DNA of 64,000 nt, from the NCBI GenBank assembly GCA_012517255.1, contig JAAYVH010000138.1, forward strand, positions 54 to 64,053. Reading direction: 5' to 3'. The position numbers were made by a program, and so were the translations under genes. Origin of the DNA: Chthonomonadales bacterium (GTDB taxonomy: Bacteria; Armatimonadota; Chthonomonadetes; Chthonomonadales; CAJBBX01). Below the pieces are notes generated by a model. The model saw nothing but the letters and a program-made list of their open reading frames with translations. It searched no databases and was not told the DNA's origin. Positions 18,781 through 29,173 of this stretch are shown here, in pieces. Each line of letters starts with the position of its first letter. The first letter of the stretch is position 1.

Positions 18781-19710
18781 ATGCGCATTGCTAACAACGT
18801 CACCGAACTCATCGGCAACACGCCGCTGGTGCGGCTCAACAGAGTCACGGACGGCGCTGGGGCGACGGTGGTCGCCAAGCTGGAGTATTTCAACCCGCTT
18901 TCCAGCGTCAAGGACCGCATCGGAGTCTCGATGATCGAGGCGCTGGAACAGGCAGGCAGAATCGGTCCAGACACGGTGATTCTGGAGCCCACGAGCGGCA
19001 ACACGGGCATAGCGCTCGCGTTCGTATGCGCCGCGAAGGGCTACCGCTGCACGCTCGTCATGCCGGATACCATGTCCATGGAACGCCGGGCGCTTCTCAG
19101 GGCGCTGGGCGCAGAGCTGGTGCTCACTCCGGGCGCCGAAGGCATGCCCGGCGCCATCGCCAAGGCGAATGAGATGGCTGCGAGCGATGCGCGCTACGTC
19201 GTGCCTCAGCAGTTTGAGAATCCGGCCAACCCTGCCATCCATCGCCGGACCACTGCCGAGGAGATCTGGCGCGACACCGACGGTCAGGCCGACATTCTGG
19301 TGTCTGGTGTCGGGACCGGCGGCACGATCACAGGGGTCGGCCAGGTCATCAAGGAGCGCAAGCCCGAGTTTCGATGTATCGCCGTCGAGCCGGCAGCTTC
19401 GGCGGTGCTGTCGGGCAAGCCCAAAGGCCCCCATAAGATTCAGGGGATCGGCGCAGGGTTCATCCCCGACATACTCGACCTGAGCGTCGTGGATGAGATT
19501 GTGCAGGTCGAAGAGGCCGACGCTATGGCCACGGCGCGCCGCCTCGCGCGGGAGGAAGGCGTTTTTGCCGGCATCTCGTCGGGCGCAGCCGTGTGGGCCG
19601 CGGTTCAGGTCGCGAAACGCCCCGAAAACGCAGGCAAGCTCATCGTCGTCGTCATTCCGTCAACGGGCGAGCGCTACCTGAGCACGCCAACCTACGCTGA
19701 TCTAGCCTGA
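18781..19710 (+). CDS. cysK: Cysteine synthase A (O-acetylserine sulfhydrylase)
   Basis: [25 protein letters not shown]-lysine motif [19 protein letters not shown]; 309 aa. Confidence 0.95.
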   Translation: MRIANNVTELIGNTPLVRLNRVTDGAGATVVAKLEYFNPLSSVKDRIGVSMIEALEQAGRIGPDTVILEPTSGNTGIALAFVCAAKGYRCTLVMPDTMSMERRALLRALGAELVLTPGAEGMPGAIAKANEMAASDARYVVPQQFENPANPAIHRRTTAEEIWRDTDGQADILVSGVGTGGTITGVGQVIKERKPEFRCIAVEPAASAVLSGKPKGPHKIQGIGAGFIPDILDLSVVDEIVQVEEADAMATARRLAREEGVFAGISSGAAVWAAVQVAKRPENAGKLIVVVIPSTGERYLSTPTYADLA

Positions 19711-19728
19711 ACCTGCCGTTCAGCTCGT

Positions 19729-19776
19729 GCGAGGTCCGCTTCGGCTACTCAGCGTCGGATGCAAGCGGTACCTCGC
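19729..19776 (+). terminator. Long imperfect hairpin immediately after cysK
   Basis: GCGAGGTCCGCTT (19729-19741) pairs with AAGCGGTACCTCGC (19763-19776): 13 bp with one bulge and a 21-nt loop. No U-tract follows. Confidence 0.35.
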
Positions 19777-19906
19777 ATCCCGTTCCTGCATCAGTGCTCC
19801 GTGTGCCGGCGCGTTCACGCGAGTCGCGTACGTTTGGGGGCAGCCCCCCGTAGCGCTGTGACGTATAATAGCGGACGCAGCGGCGAGCGGCGACAGGAGA
19901 CACGCA

Positions 19907-20347
19907 ATGGGCATCAGGGTCCTGACTATCGGCTTCACCGGTCGTTCGGCACAGAGCTTCTTTGACGCTCTGGCATCCAACAACGTGCGGGTCCTCGTGG
20001 ACATCCGACTGAGGCCCGACGGTCAGCTTGCGGGATTCGCCAGGCGCAAGGACCTGCCCTACTTACTGGAGCGGCTGGCCAACGGTTGCGCCTATCGCTA
20101 TGAGCCGAGGCTCGCCCCCACCGACAGCATCCTCGAGGCATACCGTTCTTCCAGGGACTGGGATGCCTATGTAGCGGAGTTCGAAGCGCTCATGGATGAG
20201 CGAGGCATTCCGGCCGCGCTGTCGCCCGAGCAGTTCGCCGATGCCTGCCTGCTCTGCAGCGAAGCGACGCCCGAGGCTTGCCATCGGCGGCTCGTGGCCG
20301 AACGGCTTGCCCGTGAGTGGCCGGACGTGGAGATACGCCATCTCTGA
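19907..20347 (+). CDS. DUF488 family protein
   Basis: MGIRVLTIGFTGRSAQSFFDAL...LVDIRLRP...CSEATPEACHRRLVAERL matches the DUF488 pattern. AGGAG RBS; a TATAAT hexamer lies at 19864-19869. Confidence 0.8.
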   Translation: MGIRVLTIGFTGRSAQSFFDALASNNVRVLVDIRLRPDGQLAGFARRKDLPYLLERLANGCAYRYEPRLAPTDSILEAYRSSRDWDAYVAEFEALMDERGIPAALSPEQFADACLLCSEATPEACHRRLVAERLAREWPDVEIRHL

Positions 20348-20437
20348 TGCAGGACTTCGGGCCGAGGCGTCACTGAGACAATCACGCCTACCCGATCCAC
20401 CAGCCGATTGCGAGCGTCCGCTGCCCGGGTGGCACTC

Positions 20438-21442
20438 CTATCCCGGCAACCTCATGAGCGCATGCACCATGAGATAGGCGATCAGCGCAGCGGCAGGCAG
20501 GGTGAGCAGCCACGCACCCACGACGTTGCCGACCACCTTCCAGCGCACCGCGCTGAGACGCCGCGACATGCCGACCCCCATGATGGTGGAGGAGATCGTG
20601 TGCGTGGTCGAGATGGGAGCCCCGACGTGACTGGCCGCCAGTATGATGGTCGCGGCGCTGAACTCCGCCACGCATCCGTGGATGGGCTGCAGTTCCATCA
20701 CCTTGCGTCCCACGGTCTTGATGATGCGCCACCCTCCGGCCCCGCTGCCCAGGCCCATGGCAGTGGCGCATGACACCATCACCCAGAAGGGAATGTGGAA
20801 CTCCGCGGGATGACCTCCGTGGGCTACCGCCGATCCGCTGAACAGCGCCATGGCGATGACGCCCATGGATTTCTGACCGTCGTTCGATCCGTGACTCAGG
20901 GCCATGAGGCCCGCCGAGGCCACCTGAATCAGCCGGAATCGCCGGTTGACCTTCGAAGGAGGCTTCCTGCCGAAGATCCACAGGAACGCGATCATCACGA
21001 CGCAGGCGCCAACGATGCCGACAATGGGCGAGAGGATCAGGCCGGTGAACACCTTCTTCGTGCCGGCAAGGTTCAGCACTCCCATCCCGCGCGAGCCCGC
21101 CACGGCGCCGATGATGCCTCCGACGATGGCGTGGGTCGAGCTGGTCGGCAAGCCCCAGTGCCACGTGATCAGGTCCCATATGATCGCGCCGAGCAGAGCC
21201 GCGGCGACGACCTTGTGCGTCACGAACTCGGGACTGACGATGCCCTTGCCCATCGTGGTGGCGACAGCCGTGCTCAGCAGGGCGCCGATGAAGTTGAGGC
21301 CTGCGCACAACAGCACGGCGTTCTTGATGGTGAGCGCTCGGGTCAGGACAGAGGTGGCAATGGCGTTGGCCGCGTCATGAAAGCCGTTGACGTACTCGAA
21401 GGCCAGCGCGAGCACGACCACCATCCATACCCAGGGATCCAT
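20438..21442 (-). CDS. Inorganic phosphate transporter, PiT family
   Basis: FEYVNGFHDAANAIATSV and a second GSNDGQK half-repeat motif; 334 aa, polytopic. Confidence 0.9.
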   Translation of the reverse strand: MDPWVWMVVVLALAFEYVNGFHDAANAIATSVLTRALTIKNAVLLCAGLNFIGALLSTAVATTMGKGIVSPEFVTHKVVAAALLGAIIWDLITWHWGLPTSSTHAIVGGIIGAVAGSRGMGVLNLAGTKKVFTGLILSPIVGIVGACVVMIAFLWIFGRKPPSKVNRRFRLIQVASAGLMALSHGSNDGQKSMGVIAMALFSGSAVAHGGHPAEFHIPFWVMVSCATAMGLGSGAGGWRIIKTVGRKVMELQPIHGCVAEFSAATIILAASHVGAPISTTHTISSTIMGVGMSRRLSAVRWKVVGNVVGAWLLTLPAAALIAYLMVHALMRLPG

Positions 21443-21509
21443 CCTCAGCTCTGCGTTCGGCCTGTGCGCGTGGAACGCGCCTGCGGCAAGCGACCGGGAC
21501 CTGTCATGG

Positions 21510-22169
21510 CTACGAGTTCTTCACGAGCGCAGCCTCGATGGTGTTGACTGCGTCTTCGGTATGGTCTATGGCCTCTTCGACGTAGTCGAAGATCTCCTTC
21601 CACTTGATGATCTCGATCGGATCCCGTTCGTTGTCGAAGAGGTCGGCCAGGCCCTGCTTCAGGATGCGGTCTCCCTCGTTCTCCAGAGTGTTCACACGCT
21701 CGATGAAGGGAGCGCGAGAGTCCCGGAGCTTCTCCAGCATGTGCAGGCCGGCGGCAAGTTCGTGCGTGCACTCGGCCAGTATCCTGGCGAGGGCGCGAGC
21801 GGCCTCGGGAACCCGCGCGACCCGGTATAGGACGGTTCTATCTATGGCGGCGCGGGTGAAATCCACCACGTTGTCGAGCTCGTCACCGACATCAATGATG
21901 TCCTGCCGATCGAACATGATGGGCGTCACGAAGGTCTGGTTCAGGCGTCGCGTACAGTCGTGGCGCAGATCGTCCACCTCGTTCTCGAGCTTGCCTATTC
22001 CGTCGCGCAGCCCCGTCTGATCAGGATTGCCATCAAACAGCGCCTGCAGCAACAGCGCGCCCTCGTGAGCGCGATCGCCCATAGCCGCGAATAACCGGAA
22101 GAACTCCTCTTCCTTGGGAAGAAACGCATGCATGAGACGCTGCAGACGACCGGCTACACCCTGAGCCAT
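21510..22169 (-). CDS. DUF47 (PhoU-like) Pit accessory protein
   Basis: 219-aa helical protein (EEEFFRLF...ENEGDRI...IIKWKEIFDYVEEAIDHTEDAVN) immediately upstream of the PiT gene, the usual DUF47-PiT pairing. Confidence 0.85.
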   Translation of the reverse strand: MAQGVAGRLQRLMHAFLPKEEEFFRLFAAMGDRAHEGALLLQALFDGNPDQTGLRDGIGKLENEVDDLRHDCTRRLNQTFVTPIMFDRQDIIDVGDELDNVVDFTRAAIDRTVLYRVARVPEAARALARILAECTHELAAGLHMLEKLRDSRAPFIERVNTLENEGDRILKQGLADLFDNERDPIEIIKWKEIFDYVEEAIDHTEDAVNTIEAALVKNS

Positions 22170-22217
22170 ATGGACGTTCCCCTGACGGACTTACGCAAGA
22201 CGACTGGCGGGCCGACT

Positions 22218-22235
22218 CTTACACGAACCTTAACA
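22218..22235. promoter_or_regulatory. Direct heptamer repeat with 11-bp periodicity (CTTACAC-GAAC-CTTAACA), Pho-box-like
   Basis: AT-richer patch in the divergent region between the DUF47-PiT operon (start 22169) and the oxidoreductase gene (start 22371). Two similar 7-mers are separated by 4 nt, as in PhoB/PhoP boxes. Confidence 0.2.
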
Positions 22236-22370
22236 TTCTACCGCCATGATGGCGTCGGCAGCGCAGTCAGAACGCGAGTGCGTCCCCCGGAGTTGTGAAG
22301 GAGTTCGCAGATGAGTTGTAGAAACGGTGGTGGGCCGCTTGCAGGCACTATTCGAACACAGAAGGTTGCT

Positions 22371-23360
22371 ATGTCAGACACCATCCGCTGGGGCATCATC
22401 GGTCCCGGCAATATCGCCCATCGCTTTGCCGAGGGGATAGGCGCCGTTCCTCACGCGGCGCTGACCGCAATCGCGTCTCGGACGCCCGATCGCCTGAAAG
22501 CGTTCGCCGAGAAGTGGAATGTGCCGCAACGCTACGGTTCCTACGAGGAACTCGTGGCCGATCCCGAAGTGGACGCCGTCTATGTCTCCACGCCCCATCC
22601 TTTCCATGCGCCGTGCTCGATCCTCGCGTTGGAGGCGGGCAAACCCGTGCTCTGCGAAAAGCCGTTCACGGTCAACGCCTCCGAGGCTCGCAAGGTGATC
22701 GAAACGGCCCGGCGCAAGGGCGTATTCGTCATGGAAGCCATGTGGACGCGGTTCTTCCCGATCATGGCGCGACTGCGGGAGATCGTCGCCAGCGGCGCGG
22801 TGGGCGAGCTGCTCATGGTGCAGGCCGATTTCGGCTTCCGCGCCGGCATCAATCCGGAAGGCCGTCTGTTCAACCCGGCCCTGGCGGGAGGCGGCCTGCT
22901 CGACGTGGGGGTCTACCCCATCTCGCTGGCGTCCATGCTGCTGGGCAAGCCCGACCGCGTGGCAGGGTTGGCCAACATGGGCCAAACCGGCGTGGACGAG
23001 GCCGCCGTCATTGCGCTCGGCTATCCTGGCGGCGGTCTCGCATCGCTGACCACAGGCGTGCGCGTCACGACGCCCCATACCGCCGTGATCAGCGCCAGCG
23101 AGGGAAGCATCAGCATCCCGTCGCCGTGGTGGGTACCCGAGCGGATGACCGTGCGACGCGGAAGAGCCTCCGAGGAGTACTGCGAGCCGAAGATGGCCTC
23201 GGGATTCGAATACGAGATTGCCGAAGCATGCCGGTGCATCAGAGAAGGGCTAATCGAGAGTCCCGTTCTGCCGCACGAGGAGACGATTGCCGTCATGGAG
23301 ACCATGGACCAACTGCGCGCGCTGTGGGGCGTGCGCTACCCGATGGAGGATGCGCAATGA
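22371..23360 (+). CDS. Gfo/Idh/MocA family oxidoreductase
   Basis: MSDTIRWGIIGPGNIAHRF Rossmann N-terminus and EKPF motif (VLCEKPFT). ATG at 22371 preceded by GAAGG. Confidence 0.85.
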   Translation: MSDTIRWGIIGPGNIAHRFAEGIGAVPHAALTAIASRTPDRLKAFAEKWNVPQRYGSYEELVADPEVDAVYVSTPHPFHAPCSILALEAGKPVLCEKPFTVNASEARKVIETARRKGVFVMEAMWTRFFPIMARLREIVASGAVGELLMVQADFGFRAGINPEGRLFNPALAGGGLLDVGVYPISLASMLLGKPDRVAGLANMGQTGVDEAAVIALGYPGGGLASLTTGVRVTTPHTAVISASEGSISIPSPWWVPERMTVRRGRASEEYCEPKMASGFEYEIAEACRCIREGLIESPVLPHEETIAVMETMDQLRALWGVRYPMEDAQ

Positions 23361-24319
23361 AATACGGAACCATCGCGGGCATAGACAAGCCCGTTTCTCG
23401 TCTGATCCAGGGCGCGCTCGTCGGCGCAGGCATGGGCGAAGAGAAGGCCTTCGAGCTGTTCGATGCCGTCTATGCGCTCGGCTGCAATGCATTCGACACG
23501 GCGGTCATCTACGGTCAGACCGACCGAATCCTCGGCAAGTGGGTGCGCGAGCGGGGCATTCGCGATAAGGTTGTCATTCTGGCCAAGGGCGCCCATCACA
23601 ACTCCGATCGCCGCCGGGTCACGCCGTTCGACATCGCCTCGGATATGCACGACACCCTCGCCCGCATGCAGCTCCCGTCGGTGGATCTCTACGTGCTCCA
23701 TCGCGACGATCCGGATGTGCCCGTCGGCCCAATTGTCGAGGCCCTCAACGAGCATGTGCGCGAAGGACGCATCAAGGCGTTCGGCGGGTCGAACTGGAGC
23801 CACACGCGCATCCGAGAGGCCAACGAGTACGCAGCCAGGCATGGCCTCATTCCGTTCGCGGTCACCAACCCGCAATACAGCCTCGTGCCCCAGCGCCAGG
23901 AGCCGTGGGAGAACTGCGTCAGCATCGGCGGACCTCAGGGCGAGGAGGCCCGCGCCTACTATGCGCAATGCGGCATCGCCGTACTCTCCTGGTCGAGCCT
24001 CGGCGCAGGGTTCCTCGCAGGCCGCATCACGCGGGAGAACGCGAACGACTGGAAAGAAGGCTACGAAGAGCAGGCCGTTCGCTGTTACGGCTCAGAGGAG
24101 AGCTTCCAGCGGCTCGACCGCGTGCGCGAGCTGGCCGCCGCCAAAGGCGCCGAGGTGCCGCAGATCGGCATGGCATTCCTCATGAACCAGCCCATGAACG
24201 TGTTCGCCCTCGTCGGATGCAAGAATGCCGAGGAGATGGCGTCCAGCGCAGCGGGCCTGGAGATCCACCTGACGCAGGAGGAGCTGGACTACCTCGACCT
24301 GAAACGGGACACGCTGTAG
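23357..24319 (+). CDS. Aldo/keto reductase
   Basis: MKYGTIAGIDKPVSRLIQG...FDTAVIYG...VLHRDDP. The start ATG overlaps the upstream stop (ATGA at 23357-23360). The track shows it only as the tail of a 601-aa fused ORF. Confidence 0.85.
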   Translation: MKYGTIAGIDKPVSRLIQGALVGAGMGEEKAFELFDAVYALGCNAFDTAVIYGQTDRILGKWVRERGIRDKVVILAKGAHHNSDRRRVTPFDIASDMHDTLARMQLPSVDLYVLHRDDPDVPVGPIVEALNEHVREGRIKAFGGSNWSHTRIREANEYAARHGLIPFAVTNPQYSLVPQRQEPWENCVSIGGPQGEEARAYYAQCGIAVLSWSSLGAGFLAGRITRENANDWKEGYEEQAVRCYGSEESFQRLDRVRELAAAKGAEVPQIGMAFLMNQPMNVFALVGCKNAEEMASSAAGLEIHLTQEELDYLDLKRDTL

Positions 24320-24430
24320 ACCAACCTCCCCGTGTTTGGGCAGGCGCTCGATCCGGAGGAGCACGCTCCGACCAACCCGACCGAGCTGTATCGGGCGCCT
24401 GCCGGACGTTGAACGGAGGGACCGACGACG

Positions 24431-25567
24431 ATGACACGACGCGAGGTTCTGTGCGCCGCTGCAGTGGCGGCGCTGGGGATGGGGCAGGCCAGCGACCGCG
24501 GCGACGATCTGCCCGGGCTCATTGAACCCATCCGAGCGCGGCATGATCTGCCTGCGCTGGCCGCTGCGACGATCGTCAACGGCCGTCCCGCCCAGGCGGC
24601 AGCCGTCGGCGTGCGCAAGTACGGCGACGCGACGCCTGTGGCGGTCACCGACCGCTTCCATCTGGGCTCCTGTACGAAGGCCATGACCGCTGCGCTCATT
24701 GGCATGCTGGTGGAAGAAGGCAAGCTCTCCTGGGATGCTCGATTGCCGGACGTGTTGCCGTCGGTCGCCGACGCGATCCATGCCGATCTGCGCAGCGTCA
24801 CCGTGGACCATCTTCTGGCCCATCGGTCCGGCCTGTCGCCGCAGCTCCATCCTCGGCCGTCGCTTCCCGCCCTCATCGAGGGGCGCAAGAACCCCGAGGC
24901 CCAGAGGCGCGACCGACTGGCATTCATCGAGCGAGCGCTGCGCAACAAGCCGGACACGGAGCCCGGCAAGACCTATGCCTACTGCAACGTGGGCTACATG
25001 ATCCTCGGCGCCATCGCCGAGCTGGCCATGGATGCGCCGTGGGAAATCCTCATGCGCCGCCGCATCTTTGGACCTCTCGGGATCACCACGGGCGGATTCG
25101 GCGCCATGGGCTCGCCGGGCAAGGTAGATGAGCCGTGGCAGCATCGCATCCGCGACGGCAAGCCGGTCCCCGTCGAGCCCGGAGCGTTCAGCGACAATCC
25201 GCCGGAGCTCGGACCGGCAGGAACCGCCCACGTGTCCGTGGGAGACTGGGCGAAGTTCCTGGCAGCCGTCGCAACCGGCGAGCGACAGGGTGGCAAGCTT
25301 CTGAAGCCCGCCACATGGAAGCGGCTTCTGACGCCGCAGTTCGGCGGCAACTACGCCGGCGGCTGGATCGTGACCGAGCGAGCGTGGGCCGGCAGAGCGC
25401 TGACCCATGCGGGCTCCAACACGATGAACTTCTGCGTCGCGTGGCTCGCCCCCGACAAGGGCTTCGGCGTCGGCGTCATGACCAACATCGCCGGCGAGAA
25501 GGCGCCCAAGGGCTGCGATGAGACCGCTGCAGCCGTGATCGGCCGGGTTCTCGGCGCCGGTTCGTAA
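24431..25567 (+). CDS. Serine hydrolase, beta-lactamase (class C/esterase) family
   Basis: S-x-x-K motif in FHLGSCTKAMTAALIG; N-terminal signal-like MTRREVLCAAAVAALGMG. Confidence 0.8.
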   Translation: MTRREVLCAAAVAALGMGQASDRGDDLPGLIEPIRARHDLPALAAATIVNGRPAQAAAVGVRKYGDATPVAVTDRFHLGSCTKAMTAALIGMLVEEGKLSWDARLPDVLPSVADAIHADLRSVTVDHLLAHRSGLSPQLHPRPSLPALIEGRKNPEAQRRDRLAFIERALRNKPDTEPGKTYAYCNVGYMILGAIAELAMDAPWEILMRRRIFGPLGITTGGFGAMGSPGKVDEPWQHRIRDGKPVPVEPGAFSDNPPELGPAGTAHVSVGDWAKFLAAVATGERQGGKLLKPATWKRLLTPQFGGNYAGGWIVTERAWAGRALTHAGSNTMNFCVAWLAPDKGFGVGVMTNIAGEKAPKGCDETAAAVIGRVLGAGS

Positions 25568-25652
25568 GGGGGGCTACTCACACTAGGTCGCTCAGAGTTC
25601 AGAGCCGCACCAGAGGAGTCCAACGGGCCATGGGGTACATCCGGCGCCGCGC

Positions 25653-26180
25653 CTAAGGGAGGTTCTCCTCCAACCATCTACGACGCTGATCCTTGGGTAG
25701 CGACCTAATGTGCACGGCTCTGACCACCATCCGCTGCTTGTATTCGGCAATGGAACAGATCCGTCGGGCGGGAACGCCGGCAGCGACAGTGCCGGATGGC
25801 ACATCACGGGTGACCACAGCGCCAGCGCCGATCACGCAATCGTTACCGATGCACACCCCCGGTAGGATGACCGCGTTGAGCCCGATGAACACGTTGTTCC
25901 CGACCCTAATGCGTCCGAATACGTCTATGTCCGGATTGTCCTGTCTGAACACCCAGACACCGCCGTCGTGAGTGATGAACCGGACCCCATGGGTTACCGT
26001 GACATGGTCTCCGATCTCGACGAGGTACGGCTCATAGCCGAAGATCACACTGGGGTCGCCGAAAATCCGGCAGTCTGCGCCAACACGCACGCCCAAGCGC
26101 CGCGCAAATCCTATTGGATCGCGCCAGGCTCGGTAACGATCTATGACGGTCGCAAGCAGCCTGATGAGGTTCTTTTTCAT
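25653..26180 (-). CDS. Hexapeptide-repeat (LbH) O-acetyltransferase
   Basis: [47 protein letters not shown]; 175 aa. First gene of the polysaccharide cluster, divergent from the rest. Confidence 0.85.
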   Translation of the reverse strand: MKKNLIRLLATVIDRYRAWRDPIGFARRLGVRVGADCRIFGDPSVIFGYEPYLVEIGDHVTVTHGVRFITHDGGVWVFRQDNPDIDVFGRIRVGNNVFIGLNAVILPGVCIGNDCVIGAGAVVTRDVPSGTVAAGVPARRICSIAEYKQRMVVRAVHIRSLPKDQRRRWLEENLP

Positions 26181-26277
26181 CGGTCACGCTCTGGCCACAC
26201 CCGCGGGACCGGGCTAGGCCAAGCAATGTATGGTACCTTACGCGGGTGGGACGGTGCGGCTCCGTGCACAGGGTACC

Positions 26278-27492
26278 ATGCGAAGGCGGGCCAGCCGAGG
26301 CACGACCCGGCATCCCGCATCGGAACCCATCGTGAGACTGCTCTGTTTCGTGGATAACCTCGGCGCGGGCGGCGCCCAGCGTCAGCTCTGCAGCCTGGCC
26401 GTGCTCCTTCAGCGTGAGGGGCTCGATGTCTCCATGCTGACCTACCATGCGGGCGGCTTCTTCGCCGAGGCGCTCGACCGCGCCGGCATCCCGCGGCTCG
26501 TAGCAGGGGGATCCGGCGGTCTGAAGCGCGTCCTCGCGGTGCGCCGTGCCATCGCCTCGGCACGTCCAGACGTGGTCCTGGCCTTTCTGCCCATGCCCTG
26601 TCTGTATGCGGAGATCGCCGGAGCGTTCGGCCGGCGATGGGGGCTGATCGTCGGCGAGCGCTCCACTACGCCGGATGCCGGATCACCCAGGGCGCGTTTC
26701 CTGCGCCAGATGCACCGACTGGCAGACGCGGTCGTGACCAACTCCCATGCCAACAGGCGGCTGATCGAACAGTCCGTTCCCGCTCTGCGAGGCCGTGTCT
26801 CCACGATCTACAATGTCGTGGACCTTGACAGGTTCGCCGCAACGCCCCTGCCGCAGCGCGACGGCCCGTTGCGTGTCGTTATCGCTGCGAACTACCGAGC
26901 AGTCAAGAACCCTGCGGGATGGGTCGAGGCCGCGCGAATCATCCGCGAGCGACGCGGTCCCGGTGTCGTGACCACGGATTGGTACGGCGGCGGCGCGTAT
27001 TTCGACAGCGGCAAGGACGAACGACAGGCAACCCAGATGCTAGTGGATCGCTACGGGCTCCGTGATGACGTGCGTCTCCATGAGGCATGTCCGGACATCC
27101 AGACCCGCTATCGTGCAGCCCATGTAGTGGCGCTGCCGTCGCTCTTCGAGGGGCTTCCCAACACAGTGTGTGAGGCAATGGCGTGCGCACGACCAGCGGC
27201 GTCTAGTGCGGTCTCCGACGCGGCACTCCTCATTCGTGACGGAAGCGGCGGCACCGGCGTACTTTTCGATCCTCGCGATCCGCATGACATCGCCACGAAG
27301 GTGCTAGAGCTGGCGGATCTGCCCGAGGATCGTCTGAGGATCATGGGACAGAGGGCCAGAGACCGAGCGGAGGAGCTGTTCGCGCCTAGCCAGGTCTCGG
27401 GCGCCTACCACCGTCTTGCGGCGGCATGCCTGGGACCGACTCGTCCCGATCCTGTATTCTGGCCGTCCACAGATATGGCCCGCCCAGGCTGA
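26278..27492 (+). CDS. Glycosyltransferase family 4
   Basis: VRLLCFVDNLGAGGAQRQL N-terminus and EGLPNTVCEAMACARP E-x7-E region. Start uncertain (26230, ATG 26278 or GTG 26332). Confidence 0.8.
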   Translation: MRRRASRGTTRHPASEPIVRLLCFVDNLGAGGAQRQLCSLAVLLQREGLDVSMLTYHAGGFFAEALDRAGIPRLVAGGSGGLKRVLAVRRAIASARPDVVLAFLPMPCLYAEIAGAFGRRWGLIVGERSTTPDAGSPRARFLRQMHRLADAVVTNSHANRRLIEQSVPALRGRVSTIYNVVDLDRFAATPLPQRDGPLRVVIAANYRAVKNPAGWVEAARIIRERRGPGVVTTDWYGGGAYFDSGKDERQATQMLVDRYGLRDDVRLHEACPDIQTRYRAAHVVALPSLFEGLPNTVCEAMACARPAASSAVSDAALLIRDGSGGTGVLFDPRDPHDIATKVLELADLPEDRLRIMGQRARDRAEELFAPSQVSGAYHRLAAACLGPTRPDPVFWPSTDMARPG

Positions 27493-27749
27493 TCCTGCCT
27501 GCGCGGCAGTCACATGACGGCCGGAGCCTGTGTAGCCGCGGGCTCGACCCGCAACGGCCCCACGAACAGAACACCGAAACTCACCGTCACGCTAGATCCG
27601 CCAAGACGATCCTTGGCTCCGCTTGGCTCAGAAAACTGGCTCACATCTCGCCGAGATTCCGCACCCGGCCCTTCAGGGCGGATGCCGACGTGGGCGGCCC
27701 AAGGCCGGGACCCGGGCGACCCGTGCGGACGGAAGTACGGCAGCCCCGC

Positions 27750-27758
27750 TGGTATAAT
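27750..27758 (+). promoter_or_regulatory. Extended -10 promoter element (TGGTATAAT) upstream of the flippase gene
   Basis: Perfect TATAAT at 27753-27758 preceded by TGG, inside a 307-nt non-coding gap in the cluster and 41 nt upstream of the ATG at 27800. Confidence 0.4.
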
Positions 27759-27799
27759 GCACCCGGGCGGGCTCCTCTGTGTGCCCGCACTTTCATTTC

Positions 27800-29173
27800 A
27801 TGACCATATCATCCTCCGATACGGCCGCGGTTCGGCCTGCGCTCCAGCCTCTGTCGCTGCGCAGAAGCTTCTCATGGACGCTGGCAGCCAATGCCGTGAC
27901 GGCTCTGGCCAATGTCGCCATCCTGTCGGCGCTCGCGCAACTTGGCAGCGCCGCTATCGTGGGGCAGTACACGCTGGGCGTCACGCTGGGCACCATGATC
28001 CACGCGCTGCCGCAGCTCAGCCTCCGGGCCGTTCAGTCCACTGACGCGCGAGATCGCTACCTGTTCTCCGAGTATCTGGGGCTCCGGCTGATCGGCGTCG
28101 CCGTGGGAGCGCTCGCCGTGGCTGCCGCAGCGGTCCTTGGCGGATACCGTCCCGACACCGCGCTCGTGGTGGTGCTCGTGGGCGTCTACATGGGTGTCAC
28201 CGGTGTCGCCGACATCGTCTACGGCCTCTTGCAGCGCCATGAGCAGCACAACCGGATGGCGCTCTCGATGATCGTCAAGGCGGCGCTCAGCGTCATTGTG
28301 GTGGCGGCAGCGATGGCGGTAACCCACAGCGTCGCGGTGGCATGCGTGGCGTTGACGGTCTCGGCGGCGGCAGTGTGCGCGCTGTACGACTTTCCGTCGG
28401 CACGGTTCGTGCTTGGCCACCGAGCGCCGGAGGCGACGGGCCCGGGCCGAGGCGGCGAGGCTGCGGCGCTGGCCCCCTCGTTCGATCCGGCGCGCATGTG
28501 GTCGCTGACATGGCTGGCCCTTCCGCTTGGCATTGCGAACGCGCTCAACCTGATCTACTTCTACGCCGCGCGCCTTGTCATCGTGCGGTACCACGGCGAG
28601 GCCGACCTCGGCATCTTCTCGGCCAGCGCGCAGCTCGCCGCCGCCGGCTACCTGGTGACGGCAGCGCTGGCAATGGCCACGGGTCCCCGGATGGCCCGTC
28701 TCTACGCCGAGCGGCGCTGGAAAGCTTTCACGAGCGTCCTGGTGAAGTTCCTGGCGGTTTCAACCGTGCTCGGGGCCGCAACGCTGCTGGTGGGCTTCCT
28801 GATGGGCGGACCGTTGCTTCGAATACTCTATACGCCCGAGTACGCCCGCCAGCCCGCGGTCCTGCTCTGGCTCCTCGGCGCGGCGGCCATCAACTTTGTG
28901 TCTACATGCTTTGGGACGTCACTGACCGTCTCGCGCCAGTTCGGCGTGCAGTTGACGTTGGGAATCGTGTCGGTGGCCACCACTCTGCTGGTGAGCATCT
29001 GGCTCGTTCCGCGTATAGGTCTTGTGGGCGGCGGCATCGCTGCGGCAGCGACTTCAGCCGTGCGCCTGGTCGGACTGGGGACGGTATTCCTGGCGACATT
29101 CGCACGCGTTCGCCGCGCCGACATGCCTGCGGATGCCGCGCCCGCGAGCGCTGAGGGAGAAAACCTGGTATGA
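27800..29173 (+). CDS. Oligosaccharide flippase (Wzx, MOP superfamily)
   Basis: About 457 aa, polytopic, N-terminus LRRSFSWTLAANAVTALANVAILSALAQLGSAAIVGQY. Stop overlaps the next start (ATGA). Confidence 0.75.
   Translation: MTISSSDTAAVRPALQPLSLRRSFSWTLAANAVTALANVAILSALAQLGSAAIVGQYTLGVTLGTMIHALPQLSLRAVQSTDARDRYLFSEYLGLRLIGVAVGALAVAAAAVLGGYRPDTALVVVLVGVYMGVTGVADIVYGLLQRHEQHNRMALSMIVKAALSVIVVAAAMAVTHSVAVACVALTVSAAAVCALYDFPSARFVLGHRAPEATGPGRGGEAAALAPSFDPARMWSLTWLALPLGIANALNLIYFYAARLVIVRYHGEADLGIFSASAQLAAAGYLVTAALAMATGPRMARLYAERRWKAFTSVLVKFLAVSTVLGAATLLVGFLMGGPLLRILYTPEYARQPAVLLWLLGAAAINFVSTCFGTSLTVSRQFGVQLTLGIVSVATTLLVSIWLVPRIGLVGGGIAAAATSAVRLVGLGTVFLATFARVRRADMPADAAPASAEGENLV

Noticed and set aside
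19864-19869. Perfect TATAAT upstream of the DUF488 gene as a full promoter call.
   Set aside because: No acceptable -35 hexamer or TG extension at the right spacing. I keep it only as a note in the DUF488 evidence.
22514-24319. 601-aa ORF suggesting a large fusion protein.
   Set aside because: The first 281 codons are an out-of-frame run-on over the Gfo/Idh/MocA gene. The aldo/keto reductase starts at the ATG at 23357, which overlaps the upstream stop.
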